A stretch of DNA of 64,000 bases, taken from NCBI GenBank assembly GCA_963702845.1, contig OY969763.1, positions 4,224,001 to 4,288,000 of the forward strand, read 5' to 3'. The translations under genes and the position numbers were made by a program. Source of the stretch: an uncultured Verrucomicrobiae bacterium. Its GTDB lineage: Bacteria > Verrucomicrobiota > Verrucomicrobiia > Limisphaerales > Palsa-1400. Shown one piece after another: positions 1 to 10,337 of this stretch (the stretch's first letter is position 1; every line of letters starts with the position of its first letter). Under the pieces are notes generated by a model, which was not told the DNA's origin, made no database searches, and saw only the letters and a list, made by a program, of their open reading frames with translations.

Positions 1-1290
1 CCCTCGCGCTGCTCGGTGAGCACTTGGTCGACATGCACGGACCGCACGAGCATCAATCGTTGTTGCGACAACGCAGTCAGTTGGATGCGTTTGGATGGAT
101 TTGCCGGACTGTTGCCATTGCGCAAGGAATTCGAGTCGGCGGCCCGTTTATGCCGCACGATCGAAGGGGACAAGTCCACCTTGATCGTCGACGAGCAAAC
201 TTACGCGCAGCAACTGGATCTTCTTCGATTTCAAACGAACGAAATCAGCGCTGCGCGTTTGGAGCCCGGTGAAGGAGCGGAAGTCGAACAGGAGTTTCAA
301 CGGGCGAGCAATGCCGCGCGCCTTCTTGAACTTACCCAAGCCGCACTCGACGTCCTAAGCGAAGCGGATAACTCGCTGCTCACTCAATCTGCCGAGATCG
401 GCCGCAATCTTCAGGAACTGCAACGGATTGATTCCGGCGCGACTGAAGTGCTCGGCGCGCATGAACAAGTCACGTCGTCCTTGCGAGAACTCCAGGCGGC
501 ACTCGGCCATTACTCGGAACGCATTGACGTCGATCCCGCTCGCCTGCGCGAACTGGAAGCACGCGTCGACCTGTTGCACAGCCTGAAACGGAAGTACGGC
601 CCGAAGCTCGAAGATGTGATTGCATTTGGCGAGTCAGCGAAACAGAAGCTGCAAAATCTGGAACAGCGCGATGTCGAACTGGAGCGCCTGAATTCGCAGT
701 TGATGAAAGCCAAGAAGGAAGTCTTGCGAATCGGGCGCGAGCTAACGGCTCAACGCAAAAAGGCCATACCGAAATTTGCCAAAGCGGTGACCAAACAGTT
801 GAACGATCTCGGCTTTGCACAAAGCCAATTTGACGTAGCGCTCACATCGGCCTCCGACGGCGAAGATGCCATTGAATTTCAGTTCGCGCCTAACCCTGGC
901 GAACCGCCCCGACCGCTTCGCGCGGTTGCCTCATCGGGAGAACTTTCTCGCGTGATGCTGGCGCTCAAAACAGTCCTGGCTTCCGAAGATCAAATCCCGG
1001 TGCTCGTATTTGATGAGATCGACGCGAACGTCGGCGGCGAAACCGCCGGTGTTGTCGGCGAAAAAATGTTACAGATTGCGCACACGCACCAGGTAATCTG
1101 CATCACGCACTTGCCACCGGTTGCTGCCACAGCTTCGACCCATTTTGTTGTCTCCAAACGCCAACACGAAGGTCGCACGATTTCGGAAATTCATCTTCTA
1201 GAACGCGCTCAACGTGTCAATGAAATCGCCCGCATGCTCGGTGGCCAAAGCGAAGCCGCGCGCAAACACGCGCAATCGCTGCTGGGTTAA
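1..1290 (+). CDS. recN: DNA repair protein RecN (5'-truncated by window edge; apparent frameshift near 90-110)
   Basis: C-terminal ABC signature VASSGELSRVMLALK, Walker B VLVFDEIDANVGG, ITHLP and EIARMLGG motifs; upstream frame reads LVDMHGPHEHQSLL. Confidence 0.93.
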   Translation, partial: PSRCSVSTWSTCTDRTSINRCCDNAVSWMRLDGFAGLLPLRKEFESAARLCRTIEGDKSTLIVDEQTYAQQLDLLRFQTNEISAARLEPGEGAEVEQEFQRASNAARLLELTQAALDVLSEADNSLLTQSAEIGRNLQELQRIDSGATEVLGAHEQVTSSLRELQAALGHYSERIDVDPARLRELEARVDLLHSLKRKYGPKLEDVIAFGESAKQKLQNLEQRDVELERLNSQLMKAKKEVLRIGRELTAQRKKAIPKFAKAVTKQLNDLGFAQSQFDVALTSASDGEDAIEFQFAPNPGEPPRPLRAVASSGELSRVMLALKTVLASEDQIPVLVFDEIDANVGGETAGVVGEKMLQIAHTHQVICITHLPPVAATASTHFVVSKRQHEGRTISEIHLLERAQRVNEIARMLGGQSEAARKHAQSLLG

Positions 1291-1437
1291 AAACTTATTA
1301 AAATGTTAATAAGTCCGGGCTTTTTTTGCGCAAAAACAAATGTGGTGGTTAAAAAGTGACAGCGCTGCGTGCGCGACTCTAACCATTTTTTAATCCCTCA
1401 GCTGCCTTCGCATTTTCTTCTAGGGGAAATCACGAGT

Positions 1438-1453
1438 TGGCATTGCCGGTGCT
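1438..1453 (+). promoter_or_regulatory. Putative sigma54 (-24/-12) promoter of glnK-amtB operon 1
   Basis: TGGCATTGCCGGTGCT = GG-N10-GC, 57 bp upstream of the P-II ATG. Confidence 0.6.
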
Positions 1454-1455
1454 AA

Positions 1456-1848
<393 letters not shown>

Positions 1849-1875
1849 CGCAAACCAAAAACTAAAACTACCAAG

Positions 1876-3720
1876 ATGAAGAAATATCTAGCACTCGCAA
1901 CGATTCTGGCTGGCTTAACCATCGGCGCATTCGCCCAAGCGCCGGCAGACACCAATGCCGCTCCACCCGCTGCCGCGCCAGCTTCAAATAACGACCCCGG
2001 CGGCGGCGCCACGGGAACGATTGGCGACGTCGGTGGCTCCGGCGGATCTTATAGTTATCCTGGGTTTCAAGTCAGTGCTCCTACGCCGCTAAGCGACGAC
2101 GACAAAAAGGACACGAATAAAGTCGCCGCGTTCAACGATGCCACTAAAGCTGCGGCAGATTATACGGCGCAAACCAAAGTTGAACCGCTCGCGGTGAAAC
2201 TGGCTGACGCAGTCGGTCACAACCGCATCTCGATCAACTTCGTCTGGGTGCTGATCACCGGCTTCATGGTCATGTTCATGCAAGCTGGTTTCGCGCTGGT
2301 TGAAACCGGTCTTTGCCGCGCCAAAAATGCCGCGCACGTCATGACGATGAACATGCTGATCTATCCGCTCGGCATGTTGGGTTTTTGGTTGTGCGGCTTT
2401 GCATTCATGTTCGGTGGCGTTGGTACGCCCGGCGCCGGAACGCTCGGTTCCTGCACGAGCTTGAACCATGAAGTCACCTGGACGCTGTTCGGAAAACCTT
2501 TCGGTATCATCGGTTGGAAAGGCTTCTGCCTCTCCGGTGATACCTACGATGTCGGTTTGTTCACCCTGTTCCTCTTCCAGATGGTGTTCATGGATACCAC
2601 TGCAACGATTCCCACTGGAGCAGCTGCAGAACGTTGGAAGTTCTCCTCCTTCTGCCTCTACGGCTGTTTCATCGGCACCGTTATGTATCCCTTATTCGGC
2701 AACTGGGTCTGGGGCGGCGGCTGGTTGTCGCAGCTCGGTGTGAATTTCGGTTTAGGCCACGGCCACGTGGATTTCGCAGGGTCATCAGTTGTTCACTTAC
2801 AAGGAGGTGTCATTGGATTGATCTTCGCGTGGCTGATCGGCCCTCGTCTCGGCAAATACAATAAAGACGGCAGCATCAACCCCATGCCGCCGCACAACAT
2901 TCCTTACGCGATTCTTGGCACGTTCATTCTCGCGTTCGGTTGGTTCGGATTTAATCCTGGTTCAACTCTCGCCGGCACGGACATGCGCATGGCCGTCGTT
3001 GCAGTGAACACGATGCTCGCTTCTGCCTCGGGTTGCATGGCGTCGGTTGTCTGGATGTGGTGGTTCCGCACCAAAAAACCAGATCCGAGCATGGCCTGTA
3101 ACGGCATGCTCGCCGGCCTGGTCGCGATCACTGCGCCTTGCGCATTCGTCACCGCCGGTGGCTCATTAATCATTGGGTTGATTTCCGGTATCCTTGTCGT
3201 CGAATCAGTCTTCTTCTTCGACAAAATCAAAATTGATGATCCGGTTGGCGCGATCTCCGTCCACGGAATCAACGGCGCTTGGGGTTGCCTCGCGCTTGGA
3301 TTGTTCAGTGACGGCACCTACGGGCAGGGCTGGAATGGTGTGCACTGGTTCAAATTGCTCGACGGCACCTACAAAATTCTGGATCCGTCCGCCGCACCGA
3401 AAGGTGCGATCGAACAAGGCATCCTCGGCACCTTCTACGGTGGCGGCATGAGCCAATTCTGGGCCGAATTCGTCGGCGTCCTCACTTGCTTCATCACACT
3501 GTCGATCCTGTCGCTGATTGTTTACGGACTTGTTGCTCTGATAACAAAGGGCCAGCGCGTTTCCCCCGAAATGGAATTGGACGGTTTGGACGTTCCGGAA
3601 ATGGGTGTCGCTGCTTACTCCGGTATCGTGATGGACAAACAATCTGAAACTCCGATGTCGAAAGGCTACGGATCGTCACCTCTACCAGCAAAAGCTCCGA
3701 AGGATTCGGTCAATGCTTGA
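1876..3720 (+). CDS. amtB: Ammonium transporter (copy 1) with long N-terminal extension after a signal peptide
   Basis: FMQAGFALVETG, DFAGSSVVH, WFGFNPGS, DDPVGAISVHG motifs. Confidence 0.95.
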   Translation: MKKYLALATILAGLTIGAFAQAPADTNAAPPAAAPASNNDPGGGATGTIGDVGGSGGSYSYPGFQVSAPTPLSDDDKKDTNKVAAFNDATKAAADYTAQTKVEPLAVKLADAVGHNRISINFVWVLITGFMVMFMQAGFALVETGLCRAKNAAHVMTMNMLIYPLGMLGFWLCGFAFMFGGVGTPGAGTLGSCTSLNHEVTWTLFGKPFGIIGWKGFCLSGDTYDVGLFTLFLFQMVFMDTTATIPTGAAAERWKFSSFCLYGCFIGTVMYPLFGNWVWGGGWLSQLGVNFGLGHGHVDFAGSSVVHLQGGVIGLIFAWLIGPRLGKYNKDGSINPMPPHNIPYAILGTFILAFGWFGFNPGSTLAGTDMRMAVVAVNTMLASASGCMASVVWMWWFRTKKPDPSMACNGMLAGLVAITAPCAFVTAGGSLIIGLISGILVVESVFFFDKIKIDDPVGAISVHGINGAWGCLALGLFSDGTYGQGWNGVHWFKLLDGTYKILDPSAAPKGAIEQGILGTFYGGGMSQFWAEFVGVLTCFITLSILSLIVYGLVALITKGQRVSPEMELDGLDVPEMGVAAYSGIVMDKQSETPMSKGYGSSPLPAKAPKDSVNA

Positions 3721-3736
3721 TTAACCACCCCACCCT

Positions 3737-3774
3737 CCCGGTTGCGCTAAGTAAAACCAAATGGCGCAACCGGG
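3737..3774 (+). terminator. Stem-loop after amtB1 (no U-tract; stabiliser or weak terminator)
   Basis: CCCGGTTGCGC...GCGCAACCGGG inverted repeat. Confidence 0.4.
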
Positions 3775-3794
3775 GTCTGGGGCGGAGGTAAAAT

Positions 3795-4118
3795 ATGAAA
3801 ATGTTTGAAATATTCCAAATGTTCGGCGCAACGATCGTGGGCGGCGCAATCGGTTGGGGATTCGGCCTGCTCCAACAAGCCGCCACCCGCCACAATGAAC
3901 GACTCCAAACCACCGGCAAACTTAACAAGGTCTGGTCGCTGATGCCCGGCTCGATGACGCGCGTCGCGTTTCTCCTGGTCGCGCTCGCACTCGTTCAGGT
4001 CGTTTGCCCGTTATTTTTCACGAGCACTGCGCAATGGGGTGTCTCGGCTGGCGTGATCGCCGGTTACGGCTGGACGCTGTATCAGAGCATGCGCGCGCGC
4101 CTCGCCGCCCGTGTTTAG
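3795..4118 (+). CDS. Hypothetical small membrane protein (about 3 TM segments)
   Basis: GGAGG RBS upstream, hydrophobic segments, co-oriented within operon. Confidence 0.7.
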   Translation: MKMFEIFQMFGATIVGGAIGWGFGLLQQAATRHNERLQTTGKLNKVWSLMPGSMTRVAFLLVALALVQVVCPLFFTSTAQWGVSAGVIAGYGWTLYQSMRARLAARV

Positions 4119-4155
4119 TCCACTCCACTTTTTAACCTCAACAAAAACTACATTA

Positions 4156-4374
4156 ATGAGCACTCCAAAGAGTGTAATTGATAATGCAAAGAAACAGGGC
4201 GCGAAGATGGTCGACGTGAAGTTCGTCGACACCTTCGGCACCGCGTTCTTGTTGAAAGGCGACGTGTTCACTGCCGACTTTTTGGAGATGTGGATCAGCC
4301 ACAAACGCAAAGAGCACGACGCCCTGCGTTTGCGCCCACATCCCTACGAATTCTTCCTCTACTACGATGTGTAG
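4156..4374 (+). CDS. Mini glutamine-synthetase derivative (72 aa; GlnA residues 1-29 fused in frame to the last 43 residues); functional small protein or internally deleted pseudogene
   Basis: [29 protein letters not shown] + [43 protein letters not shown] match both termini of glnA at 10338-11751. Confidence 0.75.
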   Translation: MSTPKSVIDNAKKQGAKMVDVKFVDTFGTAFLLKGDVFTADFLEMWISHKRKEHDALRLRPHPYEFFLYYDV

Positions 4375-4397
4375 TTCGTAGTTCAGGCGGAGTGCTA

Positions 4398-4432
4398 AAC
4401 GCCCCGACGCTGTTCGTCGGGGCGTTTCTTTA
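4398..4432 (+). terminator. Rho-independent terminator after mini-glnA
   Basis: AACGCCCCGACG-CTGTT-CGTCGGGGCGTT followed by T-rich run. Confidence 0.8.
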
Positions 4433-4446
4433 ATTTAATACCCCCA

Positions 4447-5850
4447 ATGAATTACAGCGTTAGCCCCTGGATGATCCTGCCGTTCGGGCTGTTGCTCGGC
4501 ATGATCGCGCTCGCGCCATTGTTCTTCTCGAGCTGGTGGGGCAAACATTACATCAAAATCGCCGTCGGCCTCGCAGCGGTAATGGTCCTCTACTATTTCT
4601 TCGGCTTGGGCGCAAAAATGCGCATCGTCGAAACGGCGCACAATTACATCAGCTTCATCGTTTTTATCGGGGCACTGTTCGTTGTTTCCGGTGGAATTCA
4701 CATCCGGGTGAAAGGCGAAGCAACGCCGATGGCCAACGTGCTCTTCCTTGCCATCGGGGCACTGGTGGCAAACGCCCTCGGAACAACCGGCGCATCCATG
4801 TTGCTGATCCGGCCCTGGATTCGAATGAACCGCCATCGCATCACCGGCTATCATGTCGTGTTCTTCATCTTCATCGTCTCGAATGTCGGCGGCTGCCTGA
4901 CCCCTGTTGGCGATCCGCCGTTGTTCATTGGTTACCTCATGGGCGTGCCCTTCTGGTGGGTGACAAAGCAATGCTGGCCGATGTGGCTGACAGGCGTCGG
5001 CGTTCTCCTTGCGATGTTCTACGCGCTCGACCTGCGCAATTACAAACATGCCAGCAAAGACGTTCGCGATCATCTCACTGCCCACGAAGAATGGCGCTTC
5101 GACGGCTTGCGCAATTTGATTTTCCTCGCGGTCATTTTCGGCGCTGTCTTTATCGAACGCATTCCGTTCCTGCGCGAAGCCTTGATGCTTGGCGCCGCTG
5201 CGGCTTCGTACCATTACACTCACGACACCGTTCACGAATCCAACGAGTTCACCTTTCACCCGGTCAAAGAAGTTGCAGTTCTGTTCCTCGGGATCTTTGC
5301 CACAATGATGCCAGCACTCGATTGGTTGCAGGCAAATGCCCGGCTTTTCGGCACTCCGACACCAACATTGATGTATTTCGGCTCGGGCGCGCTCTCGAGT
5401 GTTTTGGATAATGCGCCCACCTACTGGAGTTTCTTGAGCGCTTCCATCGCAACTTTGGTGAGTCCGGAAACCGTGGCCGGTGTTAAATCGGTCATCGCCT
5501 CCGGCGGCACTCACGCAATGGCAGGTTCGGATGTCGCTCAAACGTTCGCGGTGTTGCAGAAATTTCATCCCGTTGAACTCGCTGCCAAAAACCTCACGAC
5601 CGAACACATCCAAGTCGCGAATCTGCTAGGGAACCCGTCGAGCAAGCTTTACGTCATCGCCGTGACCGTCGGCTCGGTCTTTTTCGGTGCGAACACTTAT
5701 ATCGGCAATGGCCCAAACTTCATGGTCAAAGCCATCGCCGACCAACAGAAAGTGACGACACCGGACTTCCTCAATTACATTTTCAAATACACGCTGCCCT
5801 TCATGGCCCCGATGTTGCTACTGGTCTGGTGGCTATTCTTCAGACAGTGA
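4447..5850 (+). CDS. Putative sodium:proton antiporter / ion-transporter (IT) superfamily membrane protein
   Basis: Multiple TM segments; GTTGAS, SNVGGCLTPVGDPPLF, LSSVLDNAPTY, GANTYIGNGPNFMVK motifs. Confidence 0.8.
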   Translation: MNYSVSPWMILPFGLLLGMIALAPLFFSSWWGKHYIKIAVGLAAVMVLYYFFGLGAKMRIVETAHNYISFIVFIGALFVVSGGIHIRVKGEATPMANVLFLAIGALVANALGTTGASMLLIRPWIRMNRHRITGYHVVFFIFIVSNVGGCLTPVGDPPLFIGYLMGVPFWWVTKQCWPMWLTGVGVLLAMFYALDLRNYKHASKDVRDHLTAHEEWRFDGLRNLIFLAVIFGAVFIERIPFLREALMLGAAAASYHYTHDTVHESNEFTFHPVKEVAVLFLGIFATMMPALDWLQANARLFGTPTPTLMYFGSGALSSVLDNAPTYWSFLSASIATLVSPETVAGVKSVIASGGTHAMAGSDVAQTFAVLQKFHPVELAAKNLTTEHIQVANLLGNPSSKLYVIAVTVGSVFFGANTYIGNGPNFMVKAIADQQKVTTPDFLNYIFKYTLPFMAPMLLLVWWLFFRQ

Positions 5851-5888
5851 AGCGGTGGCCGGTTTTCATGCCGTTCGCATCTGAAATC

Positions 5889-7433
5889 ATGAGTCGCAAC
5901 GGCGTGGCAGTTTCAAAAATGAAGCTGTTCACGCACGGGTCGGCAACGTCTCAATACGCTGCTGCGACGGCGGCGGTCGCGGCTGCAACTGCCGGTGGTT
6001 TTATTTTCAATCCACTGATCGGCCCGCATTCGACCGCATTTATTTTCCTCCTGTTCGTGGTTGCGCTCGCGCTGTTTCTTGGACGCGGCCCAACGCTGCT
6101 GGCAGCGACTCTTAGTGCCATTTCCTGGGACTTTTTCTTTCTGCCACCAGTTTTTGCATTTCGCATCACGCACCTGGAAGACGCGATTTTGCTGGCGATG
6201 TATTTCGTCGTGTCGGTCGTGCTCGGGCAACTCACCACACGAATCCGCCGACAGGAAGCGATCGAGCGACGCCGCGAGGAAAGGGTCACGGCATTGTTTC
6301 TGCTAGCTCGAGATCTCACCGAGTCGAAAGACATCAACGAAATGCTCGAGAACGCCGCCAGTCATATCGAAAAGACCTTCGATGCCAAAGCCGCCGTTCT
6401 TCTCCCCGACCGCACCCAAAGGTTGAAACGTTACCCGTATCCCGCGGGCGCATTCACCATCGACGATCGCGATCGCCAGGTCGCCGCGCACGTTTTTGCC
6501 CACGGCAAACCTGCCGGCAGTTTCACCCAAAACATGCCCGTCATTGCGGCGATGTTTGTTCCGCTCGCGACGAGCAATGAAACCCTCGGCGTGATGGGCC
6601 TGAAGTTTTCTGACCCACTCGGTCCGAGCACCAACCAGAAAATTTTACTCGAGGATTTCAATCAGCAGATTGCCACGTCACTCGCTCGTCTGCGCCTGCG
6701 TGAAGTTTCGGAAAAAACAAAACTGCTCACCGAATCAGAGCGTTTGAGCAAGACTCTGTTGAATTCCGTTTCGCACGAAATCCGCACGCCAATAGCGGCC
6801 ATTAAAAGCGCTGTCACCAATCTCGCCGAAATCAAAGACGCTCCTCTGTCAGAGTCCCAGAAACAAATGGTCGGCGAAATCCAGGAAGCCACCGAGCGGC
6901 TCGACCGCGTCGTTGGGAATGTTCTCGAAATCACGCGTCTGGAAGCCGGTCGCGTGCAACCAAAAATCAATTTGTGCGACGTGCGCGACTTGATTCAAGT
7001 CGCGTTGAAAGACGTGAAAAACAAAATGTCGGCGCACAAAATCACCGTCGCAATCACGCCGGATTTGCCACTCGTGCAATTGGATTTCGTTCTCACCCAA
7101 CAAGCGTTGCACAACCTGCTTTCCAATGCCGCATTTCACACGCCGCCGGGCACCGCGGTGAACGTCGGAGCCCGCGTCGATGGCACGTGGCTCTTACTTA
7201 CCATCGCCGACAACGGCCCGGGAATCCCGCCAGAATGTATCGCGCGAATTTTCGATAAATTTTATCGCGGCCCCAGCGCATTGGCTGGCGGAATCGGACT
7301 TGGCCTTTCAGTGACTGAAGGCCTGATTCTGGCGCAAAATGGCAATATTCAGGTCGAAAACCGGCCCGATGGCGGCGCACTTTTTACCATTCGTCTCCCA
7401 ATCAACCGCAGCGCTGCTGCAATCAAATCGTGA
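5889..7433 (+). CDS. KdpD-like sensor histidine kinase lacking the N-terminal KdpD/Usp domains (4TM + GAF + HisKA + HATPase)
   Basis: WDFFFLPP membrane motif, LLNSVSHEIRTP H-box, NLLSNA, DNGPGIP, GIGLGL; start codon uncertain. Confidence 0.85.
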   Translation: MSRNGVAVSKMKLFTHGSATSQYAAATAAVAAATAGGFIFNPLIGPHSTAFIFLLFVVALALFLGRGPTLLAATLSAISWDFFFLPPVFAFRITHLEDAILLAMYFVVSVVLGQLTTRIRRQEAIERRREERVTALFLLARDLTESKDINEMLENAASHIEKTFDAKAAVLLPDRTQRLKRYPYPAGAFTIDDRDRQVAAHVFAHGKPAGSFTQNMPVIAAMFVPLATSNETLGVMGLKFSDPLGPSTNQKILLEDFNQQIATSLARLRLREVSEKTKLLTESERLSKTLLNSVSHEIRTPIAAIKSAVTNLAEIKDAPLSESQKQMVGEIQEATERLDRVVGNVLEITRLEAGRVQPKINLCDVRDLIQVALKDVKNKMSAHKITVAITPDLPLVQLDFVLTQQALHNLLSNAAFHTPPGTAVNVGARVDGTWLLLTIADNGPGIPPECIARIFDKFYRGPSALAGGIGLGLSVTEGLILAQNGNIQVENRPDGGALFTIRLPINRSAAAIKS

Positions 7434-8143
7434 ACATCGAAACGCCCATCAAATCAAAGGTCCTCATCGTCGATGACGAATCGCAAATGCGCCGTTTGTT
7501 GCGCGTGTCGCTCGAGCGAAACGGGTATGAAGTGTCCGAAGCGTCCAACGGCAAACAAGCTCTGGCCGAAGCAGTGCGTACGCAACCGGACCTTGTCGTA
7601 CTCGACCTCGGTTTGCCGGACAGTGATGGCATTGAAGTTTTAAAACGTTTGCGCGAGTGGACGCAGGCACCAATCGTTATCGTCTCCGTTCGCTATCACG
7701 AAGACGAAAAGATCAACGCTCTCGACAATGGCGCCGACGATTACGTCACAAAACCTTTCGGCACACGTGAATTGCTCGCCAGGTTGCGCGTGGCCGAACG
7801 TCACCGGAAAATTTCCACCGCCACGACGTCGTTTCATGCCGGTGCACTTTCCGTCGATTTCGAAACGCGCACAGTCAAACGCGGTGATCAAAAAATCAAA
7901 CTGACCGCCACCGAATATTCAATTCTGCGCCTGTTCATTCAGCACGCCGGGAAAGTTCTGACTCACGGTCAAATCCTGCGCGCGATTTGGGGAACCGAAG
8001 ACATGGAAAAAACTGGTTACCTTCGGGTCTACATGGCTTACCTCCGCGAGAAACTCGAAGAGAATCCTTCCGAGCCAACGCTGCTCGTGACAGAGCCGGG
8101 CGTGGGCTATCGATTGGTCATCGACGACCCAGCTCCTCATTAA
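7430..8143 (+). CDS. KdpE-like OmpR-family response regulator
   Basis: LIVDDE, LDLGLPD, GADDYVTKPF, LRVYMAYLREKLE, LVTEPGVGYR. Confidence 0.88.
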   Translation: MNIETPIKSKVLIVDDESQMRRLLRVSLERNGYEVSEASNGKQALAEAVRTQPDLVVLDLGLPDSDGIEVLKRLREWTQAPIVIVSVRYHEDEKINALDNGADDYVTKPFGTRELLARLRVAERHRKISTATTSFHAGALSVDFETRTVKRGDQKIKLTATEYSILRLFIQHAGKVLTHGQILRAIWGTEDMEKTGYLRVYMAYLREKLEENPSEPTLLVTEPGVGYRLVIDDPAPH

Positions 8144-8319
8144 AAAGGTGTTAAAAAAACGACAGTTCAAATCGTTCCAATTGTCGTTTTTTGCTCACCG
8201 CGGGCTTTCACACATCTTCCCCGAAAAAAATTTCAAATAATTAAAATCTTATTAAAACCGCGCCAGACTTGGTTTTAATACGATTTTAACATCCACCGAA
8301 CCTCACTGGCACGGTCCAC

Positions 8320-8335
8320 TGGTACTCCGGTTGCT
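8320..8335 (+). promoter_or_regulatory. Putative sigma54 promoter of glnK-amtB-glnA operon 2
   Basis: TGGTACTCCGGTTGCT = GG-N10-GC with TTGC -12 element, upstream of P-II copy 2. Confidence 0.6.
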
Positions 8336-8365
8336 ATCCCTTCTTCAAAGGCTAAAGCTTTGTAA

Positions 8366-8710
<345 letters not shown>

Positions 8711-8743
8711 CCCTCAACCACAGACTTTCTACTAATCAACCAC

Positions 8744-10249
8744 ATGAAAAACCTTGTCCTGAGCCTAACCATTGTTTGCGCGATCCTGATGCACGCCGTG
8801 CCGTCGTTTGCGCAAGCACCTGCTGCTACCAACGCGCCTGCTGCACCTGCGCTGAAAGATCCCTCGCTTGAACAGCGCATCACAGATCTCGAGGCCTATA
8901 TCAACAACGGCGCGCGTGTGAACGCCGCGGTAACAAACATCTCCACGAAAGTCGGCGGGCCTGGCCCCGGCCACAATGCCTGGCAAATGGTTTGCACGGC
9001 GCTCGTATTGTTCATGACCCTGCCCGGCCTCGCCCTGTTCTATGGCGGCTTGGTTCGCAGGAAGAACGTGCTCTCTGTGCTCGCGCAATGCCTCGGCATC
9101 GCGGGATTGGTGACGATCCTTTGGTGGTTGTTCGGCTACAGCATGGCGTTTCATGCCGGTAAGCCTTACATGGGAACCTTCGACTGGGCGTTTCTCAAAG
9201 GCGTCGATTCGAATCCGAACACCGATTACAGCGCGTGGGTCTCGCACAACGTCTTCTCCATGTATCAACTGATGTTCGCGATCATCACACCCGCGCTGAT
9301 CATCGGCGCGATTGCCGAACGCATGAAGTTCTCCGCGATTCTCCTGTTCGTCACCCTCTGGATGGTCCTCATCTACTTCCCGCTCGCGCACATGGTATGG
9401 GGCGTCGACGGATTGATGAACGGCGTTTGGAATGCAGACGCGAAGATTAAAGCCATCGACTTCGCCGGCGGCACCGTCGTCCACATGTCCTCCGGTTGGT
9501 CAGCGTTGATCTTGTGCATGATCCTCGGCAAACGCCTCGGCTTCGGCAAAGAACCGATGCCGCCACACAGCATGGTGCTTTGTATGGTCGGCACGGGAAT
9601 GCTCTGGGTCGGTTGGTATGGATTTAATGCGGGCAGCGCCGTCGCTGCTGACGTCATCGCGGCGAACGCGTTCACCACGACAACGATTGCAACCGCCGTC
9701 GCCTCGTTCGCATGGGCGATGGCCGAATACATCTTGCGGGGCAAGCCGAGTATTCTCGGTTTTTGTTCCGGCGCTGTCGCCGGCCTGGTAGTGATTACGC
9801 CAGCGTGCGGGTTTGTTGATGTCTCCGGCTCGGTAATTATCGGGATCTGCGCCGGTGTCATTCCGTTCTTCTTCGTCACCAAAGTGAAAGGTTGGCTCGG
9901 CTACGATGACGCGCTCGACACCTTCGGTGTTCACGCCGTCGGCGGAACCATGGGCGCGTTACTTACTGGGTTTCTCGCGACTGACAAAGTGAACGGTAAC
10001 TTGAGCTTGATCGCTGACGCGGCCTCAGCCAATCCCGCCACCAAAAACGGCCTCGCCAAACTCGTCGCCAACGGCGGCCTTTGGGTCGAACAACTCAAGG
10101 CCATCGGCGTGACTCTCGCCATGGCAATTATCGGCACCGTCGTTATCGCCTACATCGTCAAAGCCACCATCGGCCTGCGCGTCAGCGATGAAGTTGAAAC
10201 TGTCGGCCTCGACCTCGCCGAACACGGCGAAGAAGGCTATCACGGATAA
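8744..10249 (+). CDS. amtB: Ammonium transporter (copy 2, AmtB-type)
   Basis: PGLALFYGGLVRRKN, DFAGGTVVH, GWYGFNAGS, YDDALDTFGVH, GLDLAEHGEEGY. Confidence 0.96.
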   Translation: MKNLVLSLTIVCAILMHAVPSFAQAPAATNAPAAPALKDPSLEQRITDLEAYINNGARVNAAVTNISTKVGGPGPGHNAWQMVCTALVLFMTLPGLALFYGGLVRRKNVLSVLAQCLGIAGLVTILWWLFGYSMAFHAGKPYMGTFDWAFLKGVDSNPNTDYSAWVSHNVFSMYQLMFAIITPALIIGAIAERMKFSAILLFVTLWMVLIYFPLAHMVWGVDGLMNGVWNADAKIKAIDFAGGTVVHMSSGWSALILCMILGKRLGFGKEPMPPHSMVLCMVGTGMLWVGWYGFNAGSAVAADVIAANAFTTTTIATAVASFAWAMAEYILRGKPSILGFCSGAVAGLVVITPACGFVDVSGSVIIGICAGVIPFFFVTKVKGWLGYDDALDTFGVHAVGGTMGALLTGFLATDKVNGNLSLIADAASANPATKNGLAKLVANGGLWVEQLKAIGVTLAMAIIGTVVIAYIVKATIGLRVSDEVETVGLDLAEHGEEGYHG

Positions 10250-10337
10250 TTCCACCGTAGCCCTAAAGGTAGGGCGCTCGCTTCCGCGCGCGCCCTACCT
10301 CGACGGGCGAAAGCGGAAAACAAAACAGACAAACAAC

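Noticed and set aside
8307..8322. TGGCACG as the sigma54 -24 element
   Set aside because: No GC at the required 10-bp spacing; the adjacent site at 8320-8335 fits instead
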